Source: an uncultured Methanosarcinales archaeon | GTDB taxonomy: Archaea; Nanobdellota; Nanobdellia; Woesearchaeales; GW2011-AR4 | DNA: 60,871 bases | Direction of reading: 5' to 3' | Assembly (NCBI GenBank): GCA_964611745.1 | Contig: CAZTBE010000002.1 | Coordinates: 1 to 60,871 of the forward strand | Shown here: piece after piece, positions 55,765 through 60,871 of the stretch | How positions within the stretch are numbered: the stretch's first letter is position 1 | How the letters are laid out: each line of letters starts with the position of its first letter | The notes under the pieces: model-generated | Told to the model about the DNA's origin: nothing | Databases searched by the model: none | The model's input: only the letters and a program-made list of their open reading frames with translations | Position numbers and translations under genes: made by a program

Positions 55765-56967
55765 TTACCTCTTTCTTTTTTTCATAACCTTATCAACCAA
55801 AGAAGTAACATCATCAACCTGTATCCTTTTTACACATGCATTTTCCATGCCGTGCTTACATTCACCAACTTCACCTTTATGGACATTTATGCATGCTTTT
55901 TGAAAAGCAAGCGGCACACTACGTGCGAGGTGGGATTTTTTGTAGATAGAATAATTATTTTTTCCGAATGGTGCAAATCTTACTGGCAGGTTGCATCCAA
56001 ATAAACCAATTGTTTTTACATTTTGAGCAGCTGCAACGTGCATTGGCCCTGAATCATTGCCAATAAATAATCTACATAAGGAAATCAGATAAAACATTTC
56101 TCTAACATTTATTTCTCCAGAAACATTAAAAGAATTATTTTTACCTACGGAGTTGGTACCGGATTTTGTCCGAGTATTTTCAATTAAATTTTGCAATTCG
56201 TCGATTAAATTTTTTTCTTTATCATTTCCAATTAAAAATATTTTTGCATTATACTTTTTTATTAAATTGTCTGCAAGTTTTGCAAACTTTTCTTTTGGCC
56301 ACATCCTTGATTTTGCACTTTCAGCAGCTCCAACACCAAAGCCAACAAGAAAATTTTTTTTCTCAATATTATATTTTTTTAATAAGCTATCGACATTTTT
56401 TTTATCGTTTTTTGAATAATTTAATTGAGATAATTTTTCAACTCTTTTTTTAATTCCTAATGGCTTTAATAAATCTAAAAATGTATAAACAACGTGCTGC
56501 CTATCATTATAATCAACTTTGTCAGTGTACAAATTTGACCTTATTCCATGAGAAAATCCAATTCTGCGCTTTCCTGTAAAAAATGCTATTATGGATGATA
56601 TGTTGAGGTATTCTTCCATGTCTATTGCAAGATCATATTTTTTGAAATTAAGTGACATAAAAAGTTTTATAGAAATTGGATTTAATTTCAGAACTTTTAC
56701 ATCATTAATATATTTATTCTTATAATAGACTTCCTTGTTTCTTCCAGTCACTAAAATATCTATATTGCTTTTTTTATACTGCTTTCTTAACACTTCTATT
56801 GCTGGGAGTGTTAATATTGTTTCGCCTATGCCCCATAACTGGATAATCAATATTTTATTATATTTATGGATTTTTTTATATCTGAGAAGCTTGTTTATTG
56901 ATAGAAATGAACATAATAAGGAACCAGCATATTTATCCAGAAATTTTATTAGATTAACGGATACCAT
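55765..56967 (-). CDS. GT9 family glycosyltransferase (heptosyltransferase-like)
   Basis: ILIIQLWGIGETILTLP, GNDSGPMHVAAA, C-terminal Cys cluster. Its stop codon abuts the stop of the convergent gene. Confidence 0.8.
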   Translation of the reverse strand: MVSVNLIKFLDKYAGSLLCSFLSINKLLRYKKIHKYNKILIIQLWGIGETILTLPAIEVLRKQYKKSNIDILVTGRNKEVYYKNKYINDVKVLKLNPISIKLFMSLNFKKYDLAIDMEEYLNISSIIAFFTGKRRIGFSHGIRSNLYTDKVDYNDRQHVVYTFLDLLKPLGIKKRVEKLSQLNYSKNDKKNVDSLLKKYNIEKKNFLVGFGVGAAESAKSRMWPKEKFAKLADNLIKKYNAKIFLIGNDKEKNLIDELQNLIENTRTKSGTNSVGKNNSFNVSGEINVREMFYLISLCRLFIGNDSGPMHVAAAQNVKTIGLFGCNLPVRFAPFGKNNYSIYKKSHLARSVPLAFQKACINVHKGEVGECKHGMENACVKRIQVDDVTSLVDKVMKKRKR

Positions 56968-57300
56968 TTACTTTCTTTTTAAAGCAACATTCCTGACTAC
57001 TTCTTCAAGCTTTCTTTGGTTTTTCTTGACTATAGTGTATGTATAGAAAATAATGAATATTAAGAAGAGAAATCCAGCAATTATAAAAAGATCCAATGCC
57101 CTTGCTATATTCAATGTTTTAAGAACAGGGTCAAGCATCTGCGGGAATAAGGTTAAAACTACAAAAACCCCCCAAAAGACGAACCAAAAACTATATTCCT
57201 TTATTGTAAATTCCTTTCTTTTATGCTGCAGGAATGTATAATACATCATAAAGAATCCAAATAAAATGCCTATAATCTGAATGCCCAGTATATTTGCCAT
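56968..57300 (-). CDS. small 4-TM membrane protein (DUF2304-like)
   Basis: 110 aa. Hydrophobic core and a basic/coiled C-terminal tail KKNQRKLEEVVRNVALKRK. Abuts the GT9 gene with no gap. Confidence 0.5.
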   Translation of the reverse strand: MANILGIQIIGILFGFFMMYYTFLQHKRKEFTIKEYSFWFVFWGVFVVLTLFPQMLDPVLKTLNIARALDLFIIAGFLFLIFIIFYTYTIVKKNQRKLEEVVRNVALKRK

Positions 57301-57392
57301 TTTTATCTTATGCGTTATTCACTATTTATTTATAAAATTAACTGAAAGAAGTGTTTATTGTCTTTTAATTAATTGCAAATGTCATATATAAT

Positions 57393-58292
57393 TCATTCGA
57401 AGAAACGGGATACAATATTGTCCAATACCTTAAAGATTTTAGGCTCATTCCTTAAGAAGAAATAACTGGCCTTGTTAAATATCCTAAAGATTTTAGGCTC
57501 ATTCCTTAAGAAGAAATAGACATCTTTATCTAATAAATTCATCCCTTCCTTAAAGAATGCATCTGTTTCGATTGCCAATATTTTGCCTTTGCCTAATTTA
57601 ACTTCTTTCAATAGCCCTTTTTCAAGTAAATGTTTTTCAAGCTCGAATAGCAAAGTAAAAAAAGTAATATACTTATAAGAAACAGTAATTTCATCTTCAT
57701 ACTCTTTGCCTTTATTTATTATTATGCCCCTATATTCTCTCATATATCGGTAGGGTATTTTATGCATTTGTTCAATGTAGTGGATATAGGTGCAAGATGA
57801 AAAAGGAGCACCAAAAAAGACAATTTTTCCACGCAGATGATGCAATTTTCCAAAGATAGAATCTTTGTTAAATGTATCTTTGCCTATCTGTAACAAATAG
57901 TCCTTGTGTTTTCCCCATATTGCTGCTGAATGATTTGGATGTGATGTTCTACTGACGTCTGGTCGTTTTCTGAAATATTCTGTAAGAACACCCACTTCTG
58001 ATTTAGTATTTTTTATATCATAAGGTTTTTTTTTCCAGAAACTATATGAAAATGCAGGCATTATTATTGTTCCCTGCGGTCCAACACTTTCTTTTAGAGC
58101 CTCAACCAAGGTTTGGAGAAGAGAATCATCATCAAAGATATATGGTTTTCCAAAAGAAGATACACTAGTATGGACAAAAATAGTGTCTCCTTTTCTGATA
58201 CCACTTTTCCTTAACGCATTGAGAAAATTAGAATAATATATCTGTTTTCCATTAACTTTATACAGGGGTTTGTTTAATATTTTCTTTGACAA
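57393..58292 (-). CDS. AAC(3)-family (aminoglycoside 3-N-acetyltransferase-like) acetyltransferase
   Basis: GDTIFVHTSVSSFG and TIIMPAFS resemble the Antibiotic_NAT family. The C-terminus carries an 18-aa tandem duplication. Confidence 0.65.
   Translation of the reverse strand: MSKKILNKPLYKVNGKQIYYSNFLNALRKSGIRKGDTIFVHTSVSSFGKPYIFDDDSLLQTLVEALKESVGPQGTIIMPAFSYSFWKKKPYDIKNTKSEVGVLTEYFRKRPDVSRTSHPNHSAAIWGKHKDYLLQIGKDTFNKDSIFGKLHHLRGKIVFFGAPFSSCTYIHYIEQMHKIPYRYMREYRGIIINKGKEYEDEITVSYKYITFFTLLFELEKHLLEKGLLKEVKLGKGKILAIETDAFFKEGMNLLDKDVYFFLRNEPKIFRIFNKASYFFLRNEPKIFKVLDNIVSRFFE
57431..57518. repeat. 54-bp-period tandem duplication inside the acetyltransferase gene
   Basis: TAAAGATTTTAGGCTCATTCCTTAAGAAGAAATA occurs at 57431-57464 and again at 57485-57518. 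It encodes YFFLRNEPKIF twice. Confidence 0.9.
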
Positions 58293-58526
58293 TTTATTAT
58301 TCCTAAGCTGTTCTTAGTATTTTATTTCTCTTTATTTAACTTATGATTTACTAATACTACGGTTTCACAAATTTCTTGCATTAAATTTATAAAATATCTG
58401 GAAATCATTAAAATATATAATAACAATGGTAATATCTTATTAAAATAATGATTAATTGAACAAAAGAGGACATATCTGAAATATGCAGTAAATGGCATTA
58501 AGCCAAGAAATTTCTATTATCTGTCT

Positions 58527-59459
58527 TTGCATACATTTAAGGATTTTCTGAATAAATGTTATCCTGCTTATCCGAATGAAGTGCATATCAAGGCAGCAAT
58601 GAAATGGCTTAGCCTTGCCCAAAAACAAAACAATGACGGCGGTGTAAGCGCATTGTATTCATTGTTTGAAGGCTGGGCTTCCTCATACGTTGAAACTACG
58701 GGTTATATCATTCCTACGTTTTTTAATTATGCGGAGTTTTCAAAAGAACCTGCTTATAGAAAAGGAGCTATAGAAATGGCAGATTTTGAATTAAGAAATC
58801 AGCTTCAGTCAGGAGCATTTCCTGGCGGCGGAAAAAAAGATATGCCAATAGTGTTTAACACCGGGCAGGTTATTTTTGGGTTGTGCAGAGCATATCAAGA
58901 AACAAAAAAAGAAAAATACAGGAAAGCAGCAGAGAGAGCAGCAGATTGGTTGGTCTCTGTCATGGACAATGACGGCTGCTGGAGAAGACATCTGTACCAA
59001 AATCATGTACATACATACAATACAAGGGCAGCATGGTCTTTGCTATATTTTCATAAAATTAGTAAAAAGAACAAATACAAAATCGCTGCTGAAAAGAACA
59101 TCAAATGGGCTTTGACCCAGCAATTAGAAAACGGCTGGTTTCAGAATAATGGATTTTATCCTGAGCAAGAACCGCTAGTACATACAATAGCATATTCTAT
59201 CAGAGGAATTTTAGAAGCGGGACTTTACTTAAGGAAAAATGAGTATTTGGAAGCAGCAATCAAGGCAGCAACCAAGCTGCTAGACGCTCAAAGAAAGGGT
59301 GGCTCACTTCCAGGAAGCTTCAATGAAAGATGGAAAAGCAGTGTAGCATGGTCTTGTTTAACAGGCAATTCGCAGATGTCAATAATCTGGCAGAAGATAT
59401 ACCTAGAGACCAAAGATAAAAAATTTATAAATGCTGCAAAAAAAGTAATATATACATGA
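58527..59459 (+). CDS. alpha/alpha-toroid (prenyltransferase/squalene-cyclase-repeat-like) protein, apparently truncated by a frameshift
   Basis: Repeated DGG/GW motifs (NDGGVSALY, DNDGCWRR, ENGWFQNNG, KGGSLPGSF). TTG start at 58527; the first ATG is 58599. The reading frame appears to continue in the -1 frame to 59632. Confidence 0.6.
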   Translation: MHTFKDFLNKCYPAYPNEVHIKAAMKWLSLAQKQNNDGGVSALYSLFEGWASSYVETTGYIIPTFFNYAEFSKEPAYRKGAIEMADFELRNQLQSGAFPGGGKKDMPIVFNTGQVIFGLCRAYQETKKEKYRKAAERAADWLVSVMDNDGCWRRHLYQNHVHTYNTRAAWSLLYFHKISKKNKYKIAAEKNIKWALTQQLENGWFQNNGFYPEQEPLVHTIAYSIRGILEAGLYLRKNEYLEAAIKAATKLLDAQRKGGSLPGSFNERWKSSVAWSCLTGNSQMSIIWQKIYLETKDKKFINAAKKVIYT

Positions 59460-59648
59460 AAAAAGTGCAGAATCTTACTTCTTCCAATATTGGAATAAGA
59501 GGAGGGATTCAAGGAGCATTTCCGATTTATGGATGGTATGCACCCTTCTGTGTAATTAATTGGGCAACCAAATTCTTTGCAGACGCATTACTGCTTGAGT
59601 TGTATCCGGAGATTCATATAAAAATTGTTTAAAGCAATATCAAGAAGT

Positions 59649-60311
59649 CTATATGTTATTCAATTTCCACAGTAGAAGATCAAATACAATTTTTATCCCA
59701 TCAAGAATTGTTGTGCCTTTATATTTATCTGAATAAATTGTCTCTATTGGAATCTCTTGGTAAGATAATTTATATTTGCCTATCTTGGCTATCATCTCAC
59801 TTTCCATGCTATAATCGGATGCTTTCCACCTTAACTTTTTATAGGCTTTTGTGGTAAAAGCACGATATCCGCATTGGCTGTCTTTGATTTTTATGTCATA
59901 CAAAAACTTTATTGTTTTGTTAATAAACCAGTTACCAAACTTTAATATCAAAGGCATATCTTTATTTGTTTTTCTGTATGCAAGCACGACATCACAATTT
60001 TTTATGTTTTCCAGAAATTTTGGAATTTCTTTTGGATTGTGCTGTGCGTCAGCATCTATGGCAATAATAATGTCTGCATTTTTTTTTACAGCATAATCGC
60101 AACCTGTTTTTAATGCAGCACCCTTTCCTAAGTTTACTAAATGTCTTAAGACAATAGCTTTGCTTTTTTTTGCAGATTCTTTTGTTTTATCTTTACTGCC
60201 ATCATCAACAACTATAATATTATCAACATATTTTTTTGTTTCCTTAATTACTTTGTTAATGTGCTTCTCTTCGTTATATGCAGGTATTACAGCAAATATT
60301 TTCTTTTTCAT
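59649..60311 (-). CDS. GT2, polyprenyl-phosphate sugar synthase-like
   Basis: AVIPAYNEEKHI, VDDGSKD, IDADAQH. 220 aa. Confidence 0.85.
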   Translation of the reverse strand: MKKKIFAVIPAYNEEKHINKVIKETKKYVDNIIVVDDGSKDKTKESAKKSKAIVLRHLVNLGKGAALKTGCDYAVKKNADIIIAIDADAQHNPKEIPKFLENIKNCDVVLAYRKTNKDMPLILKFGNWFINKTIKFLYDIKIKDSQCGYRAFTTKAYKKLRWKASDYSMESEMIAKIGKYKLSYQEIPIETIYSDKYKGTTILDGIKIVFDLLLWKLNNI

Positions 60312-60344
60312 GAGTAAAAAAGGTAAATTTAGAGCATTTAAAAA

Positions 60345-60871
60345 TTATTGGGTATTATTAGAACTCTCTGATTCTGAGGTGTTTGTTTCATTTATTGACT
60401 CTTCAATTTCTGTTTCATTGGTTTCTGTCTTGACCTCAATTTCTTCTTCTTTTTGTTCTGGTTCTGGTACTGCTATTGTGTTCGTTTCTTTACCCTCCCA
60501 GTCAACTTTCCATACTATTATCCTGTCTCCAAAAACGCTGCTTTCATCACTGAATTTTTTGAAGTGCTTTAGCCCAACGCCATCCAACATAAACAACCGA
60601 TTAAACATGGATACGCTCATTACTGGCTGAAATATCATAGATCTATAACTGCCTGTGCTTGTTTCCAATAAAACATCTAGATTAAGGTTGCTACTCTCTA
60701 TTTTTGTTTTACTTACACCAGCTCGGTTTGATATAACTAACGCGTTAGGCGTCGATGCACTGTCTCCTACTCTGGCACCAGATCTTTTATCATAATAACC
60801 AATTATCACATAAGTGTCTGCGATATTATTCTCATCTATAAAAGATGATTCTAAGATTATATCTTGATTAT
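60345..60871 (-). CDS. partial CDS (N-terminus outside the window) with acidic, Thr/Ser/Asn-rich C-terminal tail
   Basis: The frame stays open from the GTG at 60809 to the window edge with no stop. The C-terminal 40 aa are PEPEQKEEEIEVKTETNETEIEESINETNTSESESSNNTQ. Confidence 0.55.
   Translation of the reverse strand, partial: NQDIILESSFIDENNIADTYVIIGYYDKRSGARVGDSASTPNALVISNRAGVSKTKIESSNLNLDVLLETSTGSYRSMIFQPVMSVSMFNRLFMLDGVGLKHFKKFSDESSVFGDRIIVWKVDWEGKETNTIAVPEPEQKEEEIEVKTETNETEIEESINETNTSESESSNNTQ

Noticed and set aside
1-60871. CRISPR arrays, rRNA or tRNA genes, prophage, transposase or integrase genes, toxin-antitoxin or restriction-type defence genes
   Set aside because: Reading both strands turned up no regularly spaced repeats, no RNA gene signatures and no such protein motifs. 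The window is essentially all glycosylation genes.

Overview
AT-rich, very gene-dense 60.9-kb window. Nearly every gene (about 55 CDS in 16 alternating strand blocks) serves nucleotide-sugar synthesis or cell-surface glycosylation. I found no rRNA, tRNA, CRISPR array, transposase or integrase. TTTAAATA-like boxes sit about 25-35 nt upstream of many start codons, leaders are very short, some genes have GGTGA/AGGAGG ribosome-binding sites, and convergent genes abut or overlap. This suggests a small-genome archaeon (DPANN-like), but a CPR-type bacterium cannot be excluded from sequence alone.

Content:
- A cysD-cysN sulfate-activation pair sits between two alkaline-phosphatase-superfamily enzymes.
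- Two paralogous branched/deoxy-sugar cassettes each carry an RmlD-like reductase, an extended SDR and a zinc-ribbon C-methyltransferase.
- There are eight small DPM1/GtrB-like GT2 enzymes and about nine large GT-C-type membrane proteins. Two of the GT-C genes belong to an inverted duplicated module of a GT-C gene plus a small membrane protein.
- Other transferases are one GT4 and two GT9 heptosyltransferases.
- Three B12-binding radical SAM enzymes are present.
- Uronic-acid functions are an AsnB-like amidotransferase, a nucleotide-sugar dehydrogenase and a UDP-GlcA 4-epimerase-like SDR.
- A translationally coupled ADP-heptose operon (hldD-hldA-gmhB-hldC) is headed by a cupin instead of a recognisable GmhA.
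- A ribbon-helix-helix protein is fused to a degenerate sugar nucleotidyltransferase domain.

Most unusual non-coding signal: five GC-rich, strongly self-complementary islands, each in a divergent intergenic spacer between outward-facing TATA-like boxes.
- Two of them share a half-site motif.
- One looks like a MITE with a 9-bp target-site-duplication-like flank.
- One folds as a four-way junction whose G-U pairs work only on the + strand.

All functional calls come from motif recognition by eye. No database search was possible.
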